From contig CAWHHI010000016.1 in assembly GCA_963829055.1 (NCBI GenBank), positions 608,001 to 672,000 of the forward strand: DNA of 64,000 nucleotides, in the 5' to 3' direction. Below the pieces are notes generated by a model. The model worked only from the letters and a program-made list of their open reading frames with translations, searched no databases and was not told where the DNA came from. The DNA is from an uncultured Gemmatimonadaceae bacterium. Its GTDB lineage: Bacteria; Gemmatimonadota; Gemmatimonadetes; Gemmatimonadales; Gemmatimonadaceae. The translations under genes and the position numbers were made by a program. Below, piece by piece: positions 22,378 to 33,970 of this stretch. Position 1 is the stretch's first letter; each line of letters opens with the position of its first letter.

Positions 22378-24035
22378 TAGATGCTCAGAGTCTGGGCGCC
22401 ACGCGAGCGGCTGAGCCACAGGAGATAGAACGTGCGAACGACGAAGATCGCCGTGAACAAGGACGCCGTGATGCCAGCGATCAGCGTGACCGCGAAGCCC
22501 TGGACCGGCCCGGTGCCGTACTGATAGAGCACGGCCGCGGTGAGGATGGTCGTGACACTGGTATCGATGATCGCAGTCAGCGCGTGCCGGAAGCCTTCAT
22601 CGATCGCCGTGCGTACCGTCTTGCCTCGTGCGAGCTCCTCTCGGATCCGCTCGAAGATCAGCACGTTCGCGTCCACCGCGATACCGACCGACAGCACGAA
22701 TCCAGCGAGGCCCGGCAGCGTGAGGACGGCGTTGAAATACGCCAGCATGGCCGCCGTGTAGAGGATGTACAGGCCTAACGCGATGACCGAGAGCACACCC
22801 GAGAAGCGGTAATAGACGACCATAATCGCGACCACGAGCAGCATCGCGATGACAAGCGCGCGGACGCCGTTCCGGATCGAGTCCTGACCAAGGCTCGCCC
22901 CGATGTTGCGCACCTCGGCGACCTTGAGTGGAACCGGGAGTGCGCCCGCGCGCAACACGAGCGCGAGGTCCTGCGCTTCCTGCAACGAGCGACCCTGACC
23001 CATCGTGATCTGACCGCGCGTGCCGATCGCGCTCTGGATGACAGGCGGGCGACCCATCACGCGCTGGTCGAGCACGATCGCCATGTAATCGCGAATGTGC
23101 TTGGCGGTTTCGGCGCGGAAGCGGCGTCCGCCTTCGTTGTTCAGTGTGAACTCGACGACCGTTCCCTCGAGCGGCACCTGGTTCGGCTTGGCGCCAACGA
23201 GGTATTCGCCGGTGATGATCGGCCGCGAGTCGAGCAGATAGATTGGCCGATACTGCGTGGCGCCGAGCGTCTGTGTCTCACCGCCCCAGCGCAGCACCTT
23301 ACCCGGCGGAATGGCCGACTGAATCGCCGGCATGTCCAGGTAGCGCTGCAGCGTCGGGACATCGCTCTCGGCTACAAAGTACTCGCCCGGAAACTGGCCC
23401 TGCTGGATCAGCTTCGAGAACGCGCCGCCCGTCGTCAGCGCGAGCGAGTCTTTCTTCGTCGAGTCGCCCTTCGTCTTACCAGCCGAGTCCTTCCCCGGCG
23501 TGAACAGCTCCTGAAGTCCCTTCCCGCTCTTCGCGGTGTCGCCGCCCACGACAGCCGGGCCGGCTGCGGCGCCAGCCTCCTTTAGAATCGCGTCGAACCG
23601 GGGCAGCGCCTTCTCCAGCGCCTGCGTTTCGTCGGTGATCTGGAACTCGAGGAACGCGCTCTTCTGGACAACGCCCATGGCGCGCTGCGGATCATCGATG
23701 CCGGGCAGCTCGACGATGATCTGGTTATCGCCGCTCTTCTGCACGACCGGCTCGGCGACGCCGAACTCGTCGATGCGTGTGCGGACGACCTTGATCGCAC
23801 GGTCGAGCGCCTCCGCCTTGTCGGCAATGGTGCCCTTCGACTCATCGATCTCGAGCGCGAGGTGCATGCCGCCTTGCAGATCCAACCCACGTTTGAGCGG
23901 AACCCGGGTAACGGTATCGAATACGTAGCTGTCACCGCGTTTGACTCGCTCAACGACCTTGCGCGGGAACAGCGACCATACGGACGCTGCCACGAGCGCT
24001 ACGATGAGCAGCACGCGGTACTTCAGGTTGGACAT
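22377..24035 (-). CDS. secD: Protein translocase subunit SecD
   Basis: Motifs [32 protein letters not shown] and [14 protein letters not shown]. Confidence 0.98.
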   Translation of the reverse strand: MSNLKYRVLLIVALVAASVWSLFPRKVVERVKRGDSYVFDTVTRVPLKRGLDLQGGMHLALEIDESKGTIADKAEALDRAIKVVRTRIDEFGVAEPVVQKSGDNQIIVELPGIDDPQRAMGVVQKSAFLEFQITDETQALEKALPRFDAILKEAGAAAGPAVVGGDTAKSGKGLQELFTPGKDSAGKTKGDSTKKDSLALTTGGAFSKLIQQGQFPGEYFVAESDVPTLQRYLDMPAIQSAIPPGKVLRWGGETQTLGATQYRPIYLLDSRPIITGEYLVGAKPNQVPLEGTVVEFTLNNEGGRRFRAETAKHIRDYMAIVLDQRVMGRPPVIQSAIGTRGQITMGQGRSLQEAQDLALVLRAGALPVPLKVAEVRNIGASLGQDSIRNGVRALVIAMLLVVAIMVVYYRFSGVLSVIALGLYILYTAAMLAYFNAVLTLPGLAGFVLSVGIAVDANVLIFERIREELARGKTVRTAIDEGFRHALTAIIDTSVTTILTAAVLYQYGTGPVQGFAVTLIAGITASLFTAIFVVRTFYLLWLSRSRGAQTLSI

Positions 24036-24074
24036 GCGCCTGCGGGGAGGAGGGTTTCGTTCGACAAGCTTCGA

Positions 24075-24103
24075 AGGTTAGGGAACCGCTTGTACGTAGT
24101 CAA
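24075..24103 (-). promoter_or_regulatory. sigma70-type promoter of secDF
   Basis: TTGACT-17 bp-TAACCT upstream of secD. Confidence 0.65.
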
Positions 24104-24184
24104 CGGAAATCGTTGTGGTTAAAGGGTTGGGGCGCGTTTTCGGACCCATCTATAGCGATCATGTCTGGTTCGAACGCGGGTGAT

Positions 24185-25120
24185 TCATGACACGCCGGTG
24201 AGGACGCGTCTGGCGTCGTCCTCGTCGCGACGCAGCTGCTCGATCAGCGCCGCCGGCGTCGAGAACTTCTGTGTGTCGCGGAGGCGCGCGATGAAGTCCA
24301 CGCGCACCCACGCGCCATACCAGTCGCCACTCGTATCAAACAGATGAGCCTCGATGCCAATGGTCTGGTCGCCGAACGTGGGCCGAGGCCCGAGGTTCAG
24401 CATTCCGCCGTGGGCTCCACCGGGGGTCTGTACCCGCACCGCGTACACACCCTGCGGCGGAAGCAGCTTTCGCGGATTGGGAGACGCCACGTTGATCGTG
24501 GGAAACCCCAAGCCCCGCCCTCGGGCTGCTCCCGGCACGACGCGTCCGCCAAGCGAGTAGGGACGACCCAGCGCGTACGCCGCCCGCTCGAGGTCTCCGC
24601 CGGCGATCGCCCGTCGAATCGACGTCGAAGAGATAGGTCGTCCATCCCCGATCGACACTGGCGCGACGACCTCAACCCTGAACCCGTCGCGCGCGCCGAG
24701 AGCCTGCATTACCTCCACGTCTCCTTCGCGGTTCCGCCCGAACCCGTGATCGTGGCCCATGAGCAGGTGCTCCATGCGGAAACGGCCTCGGAGAACCTTC
24801 GTCACGAACTCTTCCGCCGTATAGCGCGCCAGCGACGGCGTGAATGGCACGACTGCGAGGTAGTCGATGCCCGACTCCGCGAGCACTTCGCGCTTCTCCT
24901 CCCCGACGGTCAGCATCAACGGCGCGGCCGCCGGATTCACGACCTCCATCGGATGCGGCTCGAACGTGACGAGCACGCTCCGGAGACCCAGTACTGCCGC
25001 GCGCGCGGCAAGGCGATCGAGAACGTCACGATGCCCGCGATGAACACCATCGAACGTGCCGACGGTGACGACGGTCGCGTGAACGTCGGGCGGGAGCCCG
25101 GACTCTGCGGCGTTACTCAT
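24185..25120 (-). CDS. ribF: Bifunctional riboflavin kinase/FAD synthetase
   Basis: Motifs GTFDGVHRGH, TFEPHP, ISSTSIR, GRGLGFPTIN, GPRPTF and EAHL. Confidence 0.97.
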   Translation of the reverse strand: MSNAAESGLPPDVHATVVTVGTFDGVHRGHRDVLDRLAARAAVLGLRSVLVTFEPHPMEVVNPAAAPLMLTVGEEKREVLAESGIDYLAVVPFTPSLARYTAEEFVTKVLRGRFRMEHLLMGHDHGFGRNREGDVEVMQALGARDGFRVEVVAPVSIGDGRPISSTSIRRAIAGGDLERAAYALGRPYSLGGRVVPGAARGRGLGFPTINVASPNPRKLLPPQGVYAVRVQTPGGAHGGMLNLGPRPTFGDQTIGIEAHLFDTSGDWYGAWVRVDFIARLRDTQKFSTPAALIEQLRRDEDDARRVLTGVS

Positions 25121-25123
25121 CGC

Positions 25124-26041
25124 TCAGGCGTCAGGAAGCACAACGCGCGGCTGCCACGCGTCCGCAGCTCGTTCGGCGACCGCAACGAGGCGGCCGGAAC
25201 CATCCACCAGCGCCGCCATGGATGCCGGTGTCGCCTCGCCCGCGGCAGCAACCAGACGTCCCTGCCTAACGTGGCTCACATCGTCGTCCGACAGTGAGAT
25301 GGCTTGGAGATGCGGGAGCGCGTCCAGCGCCGGACGCAGGCTCGTTTCACCAGCGCGCAGCGTCTCGAGCGTGATCGCGTCGGCGACGTCGAACGATCCA
25401 CTCCGCACCCGGCGCAGAGCGCCAAGGTGCGCCGCCGACCCACTCAAGCGGCCGAGGTCGCGCGCGAGTGCGCGGATGTACGTCCCACCACCACACGTGA
25501 TCGTTGCGCGCAGGTGGTCGTCCGCCAGTTCGCGCAGCTCCCAGCCGTGTACATGGACCCGGACTGCATCGAGCGCCAACGCGACACCCCGCCGAGCTGC
25601 CGCGTATGCGCGCTGACCATCGACCTGCTTCGCCGAGTAGGCCGGTGGCACCTGGTCGATGCTACCGGTGAGCGACACGATCGCCTCACGCACGCGTGCG
25701 CGATCGGGAACCTCTGCCGTGCGGACGACGTTGCCAGTCAGGTCATCGGTGTCGGTCTCGCTGCCGAACACGATCGTCGCGTCGTACACCTTCGGCTCGC
25801 CGTCGAGATGTGGCAGCAGCCGCGTCGCGTGTCCGACGAGCAACACGAGAAGCCCCGTGGCAAAGGGATCGAGTGTACCTGCGTGACCAATCCGTCGCGT
25901 GCGGAGCGCGCGCCGCGCTTCACTCACGACGTCGTGCGACGTGATCCCGGCCGGCTTGTCGATGAGCAGCATGCCGTCAATCGGTCGACTCTCCGCCTTG
26001 CACCGCGTCCCGTCGGCTGGCGTTTGCATCGTCGGCGGCAC
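25124..26041 (-). CDS. truB: tRNA pseudouridine(55) synthase
   Basis: Motifs IDKPAGITSHDVV, GHAGTLDPFATG, PPAYSAK and GTYIRALARD. The start is uncertain (alternative ATG at 25972). Confidence 0.95.
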   Translation of the reverse strand: MPPTMQTPADGTRCKAESRPIDGMLLIDKPAGITSHDVVSEARRALRTRRIGHAGTLDPFATGLLVLLVGHATRLLPHLDGEPKVYDATIVFGSETDTDDLTGNVVRTAEVPDRARVREAIVSLTGSIDQVPPAYSAKQVDGQRAYAAARRGVALALDAVRVHVHGWELRELADDHLRATITCGGGTYIRALARDLGRLSGSAAHLGALRRVRSGSFDVADAITLETLRAGETSLRPALDALPHLQAISLSDDDVSHVRQGRLVAAAGEATPASMAALVDGSGRLVAVAERAADAWQPRVVLPDA

Positions 26042-26393
26042 GCGCGTCGTTTATCTGGGCGAGCAATGTTTCGATGCGCGCCGCGTGCGCCACACTCTGA
26101 TCCAGCTGGAACTGGATCTCGGGCGCGAGCCGAAGCCGGAGCGCGCGTCCAATGTGAGGACGAAGATGGCTCGAGGCACTGGCCAGCCCGTCGAGGGTCG
26201 CGGCACGTTCCGCGTCGCTCCCGAGGATGCTGACATAGACCTTCGCGTGGCGCAGATCGCGTGTGACGTCGACGCCGGTCACGGTGACGAGACCGACAAC
26301 GCGCGGATCCTTTACGCCCTCGGCGAGGAACTTCGCCACTTCTTCACGGATCGCCGCAGCAACCCGGTCCGGGCGACGGGTATCGTGCGCCAT
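25977..26393 (-). CDS. rbfA: Ribosome-binding factor A
   Basis: Motifs RRPDRVAAAIREE, KDPR, TRDLRHAKVY and LRLAPEIQF. Confidence 0.97.
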   Translation of the reverse strand: MAHDTRRPDRVAAAIREEVAKFLAEGVKDPRVVGLVTVTGVDVTRDLRHAKVYVSILGSDAERAATLDGLASASSHLRPHIGRALRLRLAPEIQFQLDQSVAHAARIETLLAQINDARAADDANASRRDAVQGGESTD

Positions 26394-26491
26394 GTATCGT
26401 TGAATCCTTCGCCCGAACTCGCTCCAGCGGCAACATGCCGCGCAGCAGTCGGGCGTTCACGCAGCGCCGTTCGTCTTCGGGCGGCCCGCGG

Positions 26492-26541
26492 AAAGAGAAA
26501 ACAAAACGCAGGGCCGGACGGCGTTCACCATCCGGCCCTGC
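26492..26541 (-). terminator. Intrinsic terminator after infB
   Basis: Hairpin GCAGGGCCGGATGG-TGAACG-CCGTCCGGCCCTGC followed by GTTTTGTTTTCTCTTT. Confidence 0.8.
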
Positions 26542-26549
26542 CCCGAGCC

Positions 26550-29384
26550 TCAGCTCGATGCGTCCGCTACCAGCGTTCGGGCAACTTCCTCGGTGCGATA
26601 GCACTCGATGACGTCGCCGACCTTGATGTCGTTGAAGTTCTCGACGGAGATACCGCACTCGTAGCCCTTCTCGACTTCGCGGACATCATCCTTGAAGCGT
26701 CGAAGTGAACCGATCGTACCGTCGTACACCTCGACACCGTTTCGAATCACACGAACGCGTGCCTGACGAGAGATCGTCCCGTTCCGGACATAGCATCCGG
26801 CGACCATGCCGACCTTCGGAGCCTTGAAGGTCTGACGCACCTCCGCCTCGCCGAGCACGACTTCGCGCTCCTCGGGACGGAGCATGCCTTCGAGCGCCGC
26901 GCGTACGTCGTTCACGGCCTCGTAGATGACCTTGTACAGCTTGATCTCCACACCTTCGCGGTCGGCGGCCGTACGCGCGTTGTTGTCTGGACGCACGTGG
27001 AAACCGACGATGATCGCGCCAGCAGCGCGCGCGAGCAGGATGTCGCTCTCCGTCACCGCACCGACACCGCGGTGAATGACTTCGACCTGCACCTCGGCGT
27101 TGGACAGCTGAGCCAGTGCGTCGGCGAGCGCTTCCGCCGGACCGCCCTGGTCCGCCTTGATGAGCACGCGCAACGTCCGCTTCTCGCCGGCCGCGGCGTG
27201 CGACATGAAGTCTTCCAGCGTGACGGCGCTCTTGCTCGTGCGCCGGCTCTTCGCCTCGCGGTCGAGACGTTCCCGCCGCTGCGCGATGTCACGCGCCTGC
27301 GTCGCGTCGTCGACGACACGGAATTCGTCGCCAGCCATCGGCACGCCCGTTAGGCCGAGCACCTGTACCGGGATCGCCGGGCCAGCCGACTTCACCGGCT
27401 TGCCACGCTCATCGAGCAACGCACGCACGCGACCCGAGTACAGACCCACGATGAAGTCATCACCGACCTTCAGCGTGCCACTCTGTACGAGGACGGTGGC
27501 CACCGGACCCTTGCCGGCATCCAGCTGTGCTTCCACCACCGCGCCGCTCGCGTTCTTCGACGGGTTCGCCTTCAGGTCGAGAATTTCTGCCTGCAGAAGA
27601 ACCTGATCGAGCAGCTCGCCGATGCCAGTGCCCTTCTTCGCGGAAATCGGCGAGGAGAGCGTCTGACCGCCGAACGCCTCGAGCACGACGCCGTGCTGCA
27701 GGAGATCCTGCGACACCTTCGCCGGGTTCGCGTCAGGCAGATCGACCTTGTTGATGGCCACGATCAGCGGCACGCCCGCGTTCTTCGCGTGCGAGATCGC
27801 TTCGATGGTCTGCGGCATCACCGAGTCGTTCGCGGCGACGACGAGCACCACGATGTCCGTGACCTGCGCACCACGCGCACGCATGGCGGTGAACGCCTCG
27901 TGGCCTGGCGTATCGAGGAACGTGATGAGCTTGCCGTTAGGCAGCGTGACATGGTACGCGCCAATGTGCTGCGTGATGCCACCGGCCTCACCAGCCACGA
28001 CGTTGGCTTTCCGGATGTAGTCGAGCAGCGACGTCTTCCCATGGTCGACGTGACCCATGATCGTGACGATCGGCGGCCGCGGCACGAGGTCCTCGGCCTT
28101 GTCGGCCTCGGTGACCTGCCCGGCATCCGCCGCGTACTCCGCTTCGCGTACGGCCTGGAAGCCGAACTCACCAGCGATCAACTCGATCTGATCGAAGTCC
28201 ATTCGCTGGTTGATCGTCACCATGAGCCCGAGGTTCTTGAACGCGAAGCCGACGATCTGCGTCGCGGGAATCTTGAGGATCTCGGCGAGCTCGCTGACGG
28301 TGATGAATTCGTTGACGTGAACGGTTTTCCGCTCGCGTTCACGATCCGCCTCGCGCTGCGCCTCCATCTCCTCGCGCGAACCCATGTCGTCGGAGCGCCG
28401 TGGGCCGCCGCGCCGCTGCGCGGGACCGCGGAGCGCGGACATGGTCTTGAAGATGTTGGCGGACACCGCTTCCTGATCGACTGCCCCGCGCTTGCCCTTC
28501 TTGCGCCGTCCAGCCGGTTGCTGCTGTTGCTGCTGACTACCGCCACCACCACCCCCACCACCGGGTCCTCCGCCGCCACCCTGCCGCTGCTGCTGCGGGC
28601 GGTCGTCTCGACGGGTCGGCGTCATCCCGCCGCCAGGCGCCGCCGAGGCGACAGGACGCGGCGGGACAAACGGGTTGCTGCTGGCGACCGGACGCGGGCG
28701 CGGAGCGCCAGGTACGATCGGCCGCGGACGCGGCCGATCACCACCGGCCGACGCTGGCTGCGGCGGCGGCATGGACGGACGCATCGGAGCCACCGGTTGC
28801 GGCGGAGTCGGTGTGCGCTCGAAGCGCTCCGGCTCACGCGGCGGTGGCGGCTCTACCGGCGCGGCCGCGACAGGCGGGGCCGGTGGTGGTAGCGGCGGTG
28901 GCGGTGGCGCAACGTGAACCGTCTCTTCGACGACCGGTTCACTCGTGTCGACGGCTGGTGCAGTCGACACCTCGGGCTCGTGCTCGTGCTCGACGGTCGT
29001 CTCGTGATCGACCTCGGCGAGGTCGGGTGCCGCAACATCGACATCGACGTCGTCGGTTGCGATCGCCGCTTCCCCGACGACGTCGGCGGGACGTCGGCGG
29101 CGTCGGACGCCCGACGCTTCCGCGGGCACAGGGGCCGCAGGTGCGGCCGCTGCCGGCGCAGCCGCCGGCGTCCCGCGCCGGCGGCGCGCCGGCGGCGCGG
29201 TCTGCTTCTCGGCGCGGACGCGTTTCTCACGCTCCCAGCGCGCGCGAATACGCGCGACCTGGTCATCGGTGAGAAGAGTGAGATGGCTGCGCACGGGGAC
29301 GTCCATCTGACGAAGGAGGGTGATCACCTCGTCGCTGGAAACCCCGAACTCGCCTGCCATGTCGTGTACACGAAGCTTGCTCAA
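26550..29384 (-). CDS. infB: Translation initiation factor IF-2
   Basis: Motifs [36 protein letters not shown] and GYECG. TTG start and a long Pro/Gly/Gln-rich linker. Confidence 0.99.
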   Translation of the reverse strand: MSKLRVHDMAGEFGVSSDEVITLLRQMDVPVRSHLTLLTDDQVARIRARWEREKRVRAEKQTAPPARRRRGTPAAAPAAAAPAAPVPAEASGVRRRRRPADVVGEAAIATDDVDVDVAAPDLAEVDHETTVEHEHEPEVSTAPAVDTSEPVVEETVHVAPPPPPLPPPAPPVAAAPVEPPPPREPERFERTPTPPQPVAPMRPSMPPPQPASAGGDRPRPRPIVPGAPRPRPVASSNPFVPPRPVASAAPGGGMTPTRRDDRPQQQRQGGGGGPGGGGGGGGSQQQQQQPAGRRKKGKRGAVDQEAVSANIFKTMSALRGPAQRRGGPRRSDDMGSREEMEAQREADRERERKTVHVNEFITVSELAEILKIPATQIVGFAFKNLGLMVTINQRMDFDQIELIAGEFGFQAVREAEYAADAGQVTEADKAEDLVPRPPIVTIMGHVDHGKTSLLDYIRKANVVAGEAGGITQHIGAYHVTLPNGKLITFLDTPGHEAFTAMRARGAQVTDIVVLVVAANDSVMPQTIEAISHAKNAGVPLIVAINKVDLPDANPAKVSQDLLQHGVVLEAFGGQTLSSPISAKKGTGIGELLDQVLLQAEILDLKANPSKNASGAVVEAQLDAGKGPVATVLVQSGTLKVGDDFIVGLYSGRVRALLDERGKPVKSAGPAIPVQVLGLTGVPMAGDEFRVVDDATQARDIAQRRERLDREAKSRRTSKSAVTLEDFMSHAAAGEKRTLRVLIKADQGGPAEALADALAQLSNAEVQVEVIHRGVGAVTESDILLARAAGAIIVGFHVRPDNNARTAADREGVEIKLYKVIYEAVNDVRAALEGMLRPEEREVVLGEAEVRQTFKAPKVGMVAGCYVRNGTISRQARVRVIRNGVEVYDGTIGSLRRFKDDVREVEKGYECGISVENFNDIKVGDVIECYRTEEVARTLVADASS

Positions 29385-29393
29385 ACAGTCCTC

Positions 29394-29750
29394 CTAGCGG
29401 GCTCGACCAGAGTCCGCGGCATGCCCCTCGGCGGGGGCCGACTCGACGATGGCACGAATGCCCTTCGCGAGCTGTGGATCGACGACTCCGACGGCGGCCG
29501 TCGACTCCCGTCCTACCGCGGCGCCAAGTTCTGACGCCGAGGGTCCTTCAATCATGCGAATGTGCTTCGCCCGAAGCATCGGAACGACCTTGTTCAGGCT
29601 GTTGTGCGACGCATCAGGCGCGATCACGACGAGCTTGAGCTTTCCCCGCAGCGCTGCGTCGCGTACCTGCTGCACCCCGACAATGACCAGCCGGCCGTTC
29701 ATGCCTACTCCGACCAGGCGAAGCAGCTTGCTTGTTGTCGAGGCGTCCAT
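29394..29750 (-). CDS. L7Ae/L30e family RNA-binding protein (YlxQ-like)
   Basis: Motifs LLRLVG, VVIAPDAS and ELGAAVGR; located between nusA and infB. Confidence 0.85.
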   Translation of the reverse strand: MDASTTSKLLRLVGVGMNGRLVIVGVQQVRDAALRGKLKLVVIAPDASHNSLNKVVPMLRAKHIRMIEGPSASELGAAVGRESTAAVGVVDPQLAKGIRAIVESAPAEGHAADSGRAR

Positions 29751-29759
29751 CGTGTTCGT

Positions 29760-31127
29760 CTAGACCGGCGACTCGCCGCGGCGCGACGTGTCGTTGGTCC
29801 CGCCGTCGCCGTCATCGGCTCCGGCTTCTTCTCCACCTTCTTCCGTGAGTTCATCGAGCATCGTGATGATACGATCCGCCTCCTCCGGCGCGATACCTGG
29901 CAGGCGGAGCAGATCCTCGCGCTCGAGATCGATGATGTCGTTGAGCGTGCGGTAGCCGCCTTCCTCGAGCACAGCGACAGTCGCGGGCGACATGCCTTCG
30001 ATCTCCGACAGCTTGACGTCCGCGGCCGAGTCGGCCTCTTCGGGGAGCGGCGCGAACAGCGGCGCGTCACCACCACGGTCGAGCCACTCGCGACTCGAGT
30101 AGAGGTCGATCTTCCAGCCCGTCAGCTCGGAGGCGAGCCTAACGTTCTGTCCGTTGCGCCCGATCGCGAGCGACAGCTGATCCTCATCAACGACAGCCTG
30201 AATCGTCTTGGCAATCGGATCGGAGAACACGCGTGCGACGCGAGCCGGCGCGAGCGCGAGCTTCGCAAAGCGCTCGGGGTCAGCAGACCACGGCACAATG
30301 TCGATGCGCTCGCCATTGAGCTCGTTGACGACCGCTTGCACGCGCGAGCCCTTGAGCCCGACGCATGCGCCAACCGGGTCGATCGAGTCATCGCGCGAGA
30401 ACACCGCGATCTTCGTGCGGCTGCCGACCTCGCGCGCAGCGGCGCGGATGTCGACGATGTTCTGCTGGATCTCGGGGACCTCGAGCTTGAACAGTGCCTT
30501 CACAAACAGTGGGTCGCCGCGGCTCAGGATGAGGCGGGGGCCCTTGGGCGTCTCCTCGACGCGCTTGAGCACCGCACGAATGGGCTCGCCCTGGTGGAAG
30601 TGCTCGCGGTGGTTCTGCTCGCGATACGGAATGATTGCTTCCGCCTCGCGGAACTTGTTCAACATGACGACAAGCTTGCCGCGCTCGATCTGCTGAATCT
30701 CACCGCTCAGCAGGTCGCCGACACGACCCGCGAACTCGTCGCGGATCCGCGTGCGCTCGCCCTCGCGAACGCGCTGGATGATGCGCTGCTTCGCGGCTTG
30801 CACGGCCGTGCGTCCGAACTCCGCGAAGTCGACGGGGATCTCCATCATGTCGCCGACCTGGAATTCCGGGTCTTCGAAGCGGGCTTCCTCGACGCTGACC
30901 TCACGGCCGGGATCGGTGACCTCTTCAACGACCGTCTTGAGCAACACGATGCGGATCTCACCGCGATCTTCGTTGATCTCGACTTCGGCCTGTACGTTCG
31001 GCCCGTGCTTTTTCGCGAGCGCGGCATGGATGCCATCCTCGAGCAGTCCGTGTAGCTCGGACCGATCGAGTTGCTTCGAGCTCGTCAGCTCGCGAATCGC
31101 GTTCAGGATGTCAGCGGAACCGATCAT
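29760..31127 (-). CDS. nusA: Transcription termination/antitermination factor NusA
   Basis: Motifs FGRTAVQAAKQ, LEVPEI, DPVGACVG and LSLAIGRNGQNVRLAS, with a C-terminal HhH-like extension. Confidence 0.99.
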   Translation of the reverse strand: MIGSADILNAIRELTSSKQLDRSELHGLLEDGIHAALAKKHGPNVQAEVEINEDRGEIRIVLLKTVVEEVTDPGREVSVEEARFEDPEFQVGDMMEIPVDFAEFGRTAVQAAKQRIIQRVREGERTRIRDEFAGRVGDLLSGEIQQIERGKLVVMLNKFREAEAIIPYREQNHREHFHQGEPIRAVLKRVEETPKGPRLILSRGDPLFVKALFKLEVPEIQQNIVDIRAAAREVGSRTKIAVFSRDDSIDPVGACVGLKGSRVQAVVNELNGERIDIVPWSADPERFAKLALAPARVARVFSDPIAKTIQAVVDEDQLSLAIGRNGQNVRLASELTGWKIDLYSSREWLDRGGDAPLFAPLPEEADSAADVKLSEIEGMSPATVAVLEEGGYRTLNDIIDLEREDLLRLPGIAPEEADRIITMLDELTEEGGEEAGADDGDGGTNDTSRRGESPV

Positions 31128-31139
31128 TACGGGCGCCCT

Positions 31140-31613
31140 CTAGACTTTCCAGTGAAACACCAGCCGAGCTTCGCGAATGGCGTCGAGCGGGGCGCGGTGT
31201 GTCACGCCCTTGTCGTCACGCACTACCGCGACTGCGCTGCCAGCGTCATGCTCGAGCCCGACGATTTCTCCTTCCACCATACCTCCGACCGCCGCACTCG
31301 TCAGGCGAGCACGACGGCCAACGAACCTTTGCCAGTCAGTCGGCGTCCGGAGCGGACGCTCGACACCAGGCGACGAGACTTCGAGCACGTACTTGCCACC
31401 GAACACCGCGCCCGCGTCGAGGCGCGCCTCAATGGCGCGCGACGCGCGGGCGCAATCGTCCACGGTCACTTTCTCTCCGTCACGCCGATCGATGCGAACG
31501 TCGAACACGGGCCTCGTTCGCGTACCGCCACGCCTCATCTCGACGAGATCGAACCCCAGCGAATCAAGCTCGGCAACTACAACGTGTTGAACGTCTTGGA
31601 ACGCCTGGTTCAT
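31140..31613 (-). CDS. rimP: Ribosome maturation factor RimP
   Basis: Motifs VTVDDCARASR and YVLEVSSPGVERPL; ATG at 31613. Confidence 0.95.
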   Translation of the reverse strand: MNQAFQDVQHVVVAELDSLGFDLVEMRRGGTRTRPVFDVRIDRRDGEKVTVDDCARASRAIEARLDAGAVFGGKYVLEVSSPGVERPLRTPTDWQRFVGRRARLTSAAVGGMVEGEIVGLEHDAGSAVAVVRDDKGVTHRAPLDAIREARLVFHWKV

Positions 31614-31639
31614 GTCGTGTCGAGGTACCCGCCAAGAAC

Positions 31640-31669
31640 AAAAAAATGTGGGGAACCCTCCCCCACATT
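31640..31669 (-). promoter_or_regulatory. rimP leader attenuator/terminator hairpin
   Basis: AATGTGGGG-GAGGGTT-CCCCACATT followed by a T run, between the promoter and the rimP start. Confidence 0.75.
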
Positions 31670-31701
31670 CCGCTGACGCCAGGCGAGACGGCAGCGTGGT
31701 G

Positions 31702-31730
31702 AATCTAGACGGCGCCTCAAGTGCCGTCAA
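31702..31730 (-). promoter_or_regulatory. sigma70-type promoter of rimP-nusA-infB
   Basis: TTGACG-17 bp-TAGATT. Confidence 0.75.
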
Positions 31731-31747
31731 CCCAACGAAGAGCTATC

Positions 31748-32485
31748 TCATAGAGGCGCAATCATTACGCCGAGTTGTCGGCCGCCGTCGCCGGCGCGAT
31801 GTGAGAAGTACAGGTCGTTGTCGCAGCGCGTGCAGCGCTCGCTTGTCGAGATGTCGCGGACCCCGCGCGATCGTGCGTGGTCGGCGATCAACTGTCGCAA
31901 GTCGACAGTCGTCGCGCGATCCACGGCGCGCCCTGTGAGTCGCTCGAAAACATCCGGACTCACCTCGTAGCAGCCACCGCAGATGGCCGGCCCGAGATGG
32001 ACTCGAAGCTCGACACTTGGGATCCCCCGTGATTCGAGTGTGTCGATGGCGCGCTCGACGATGCGAGCAGCCGTGCCGCGCCATCCGGAATGAAGCAGCG
32101 CGATCGCTCCAGACGCATGGGCGATGAAGACCGGCACGCAATCAGCGATAGACACCGCCGCGCCGGTGCCCCGTTCGAGCGCGAGGTGCCCGTCTGCGTC
32201 ACCGCATCGAAGCCACCCTTCCCAGCCCGCACCGTGCGCGATGACGCGGTCGCCGTGCACCTGGTGCGCTGTGGCCAGCCGCGGGCCGGAAGGAGCGAGC
32301 TCCGCCCGCAGGCGATCCCAGCGCGCCATGACATCTCGGACGGGCTCGTCGCTGCCGACGCCGAAGCTGCCAGCAGCTCGCGTCGTCGTGAACGCGCGAA
32401 TACCGAGGCTCTCGAACTCCGGGACGCTCTCGTACCACGCCCCCGGTACTGCGCGCGACTGTGCGGTGTGCGGCGCCGCCGTCAT
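31748..32485 (-). CDS. pgeF: YfiH/PgeF (laccase-domain, polyphenol oxidase-like) family protein
   Basis: Motifs [36 protein letters not shown] and FSHR. ATGA overlap with murA. Confidence 0.9.
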   Translation of the reverse strand: MTAAPHTAQSRAVPGAWYESVPEFESLGIRAFTTTRAAGSFGVGSDEPVRDVMARWDRLRAELAPSGPRLATAHQVHGDRVIAHGAGWEGWLRCGDADGHLALERGTGAAVSIADCVPVFIAHASGAIALLHSGWRGTAARIVERAIDTLESRGIPSVELRVHLGPAICGGCYEVSPDVFERLTGRAVDRATTVDLRQLIADHARSRGVRDISTSERCTRCDNDLYFSHRAGDGGRQLGVMIAPL

Positions 32486-33777
32486 CTCCGTCGGTCGTCC
32501 ACCCGGGTGATTCGCGCGCCGAGCGCATTGAGCCGCTCGTCGATGCGCTCGTAGCCACGCTCGATCTGGCCCGCATTGTTGATCGTGCTCGTGCCCTTCG
32601 CGCACAACGCGGCGAGCAGCATCGCCATTCCAGCTCGAATGTCCGGTGACTCCACCGTTGCCGCGCGGAGCGGAGACGGACCCGCGATGATCGCGCGGTG
32701 GGGATCGCACAACACGATGCGGGCGCCCATCCCGATCAGCTTGTCGACGAAAAACATCCGCGACTCGAACATCTTCTCGTGAAAGAGAATGACGCCACTG
32801 CACTGCGTCGCGGCGACGATCGCGATGGACATGACGTCCGCCGGGAACGCCGGCCACGGCTGGTCCTCGAGCTTGGGGACGTGTCCACCGAAGTCAGACT
32901 GGATCTCGCGTGACTGCTCTGCGGGCACGATGAGGTCATCGCCTTCGATGCGGCACGTGATGCCGAGGCGCGCGAAGCCGAGGAGCGTGGACCGCAAATG
33001 TTCGACGCCGGCGGACTCGATGCGGATCTCGGAGCGCGTGACGGCGGCGAGCCCGATGAACGATCCGACTTCGATGTGGTCGGGGCCGATGCGGTGCGTA
33101 CCGCCACCGATCGACTGACCGCCATGAATGGTGATGGTGTTGGTGCCGATGCCCTCGATCTTCGCGCCGAGCGTGTTCAGGAAATGCGCGAGATCCTGGA
33201 CGTGCGGCTCGGAGGCGGCATTGCGCAGGATCGTCGTTCCGCGCGCCGCCGTCGCGGCAACGAGCGCGTTCTCCGTCGCGGTGACGCTCGGCTCGTCGAG
33301 GAACACGTCAGCGCCGACGAGCGACTTCGCGCGCAGCTCGAACTTGTCGTTCGCCTTGATCTCCGCACCGAGTTGCTCGAGCGCCAGGAAATGGGTGTCC
33401 AGCCGCCGGCGCCCAATGACGTCGCCGCCCGGTGGCGGCAGCGTGATCTCACCGCAGCGGGCGAGGAGTGGACCGGCCAACAGAATCGACGCGCGAATCT
33501 TTCGACAGAGCTCGGGGTCGAGGTCCGACGGACGGATGGTCTTTGCGTGGATGCTCAGCGTGTTTCGCTCGGTCCATTCGGCGCTGGCGCCGACCGAGTT
33601 CACCAGCTCCACCAATGTCTCGGTGTCGCGGATGCGGGGCACATTCTGGAGCGTGACCGGGTGCTCAGAGAGGAGCGATGCGGCGATGATCGGGAGGGCG
33701 GCGTTCTTGTTGCCGGAGGGTCGAATCGATCCGGAGAGCGTGGCTTCGCCCTCGACGATGAACTGCACTGCTGCCAT
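32482..33777 (-). CDS. murA: UDP-N-acetylglucosamine 1-carboxyvinyltransferase
   Basis: Motifs [45 protein letters not shown] and RGYE. Asp replaces the fosfomycin-target Cys. Confidence 0.97.
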   Translation of the reverse strand: MAAVQFIVEGEATLSGSIRPSGNKNAALPIIAASLLSEHPVTLQNVPRIRDTETLVELVNSVGASAEWTERNTLSIHAKTIRPSDLDPELCRKIRASILLAGPLLARCGEITLPPPGGDVIGRRRLDTHFLALEQLGAEIKANDKFELRAKSLVGADVFLDEPSVTATENALVAATAARGTTILRNAASEPHVQDLAHFLNTLGAKIEGIGTNTITIHGGQSIGGGTHRIGPDHIEVGSFIGLAAVTRSEIRIESAGVEHLRSTLLGFARLGITCRIEGDDLIVPAEQSREIQSDFGGHVPKLEDQPWPAFPADVMSIAIVAATQCSGVILFHEKMFESRMFFVDKLIGMGARIVLCDPHRAIIAGPSPLRAATVESPDIRAGMAMLLAALCAKGTSTINNAGQIERGYERIDERLNALGARITRVDDRRR

Positions 33778-33807
33778 GAGATCGGGGTGCCGGTCGGTGT
33801 GAGTTGC

Positions 33808-33836
33808 TTGACACGCTATTTTGCCACCGGTACGAT
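33808..33836 (+). promoter_or_regulatory. sigma70-type promoter
   Basis: TTGACA-17 bp-TACGAT upstream of the plus-strand genes that start at 33971. Confidence 0.75.
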
Positions 33837-33970
33837 CCGCGATGACGCGAACGTACTCGCTCGGCTCAACCGGCGGGTGGCCTCAGCCTTGCACACTCGC
33901 GCGGGCGGCGGCACGGCCGCGCGAATGACTCGTCGCACGCCGAAGGGTAACACATCAATCCACTGATCGC

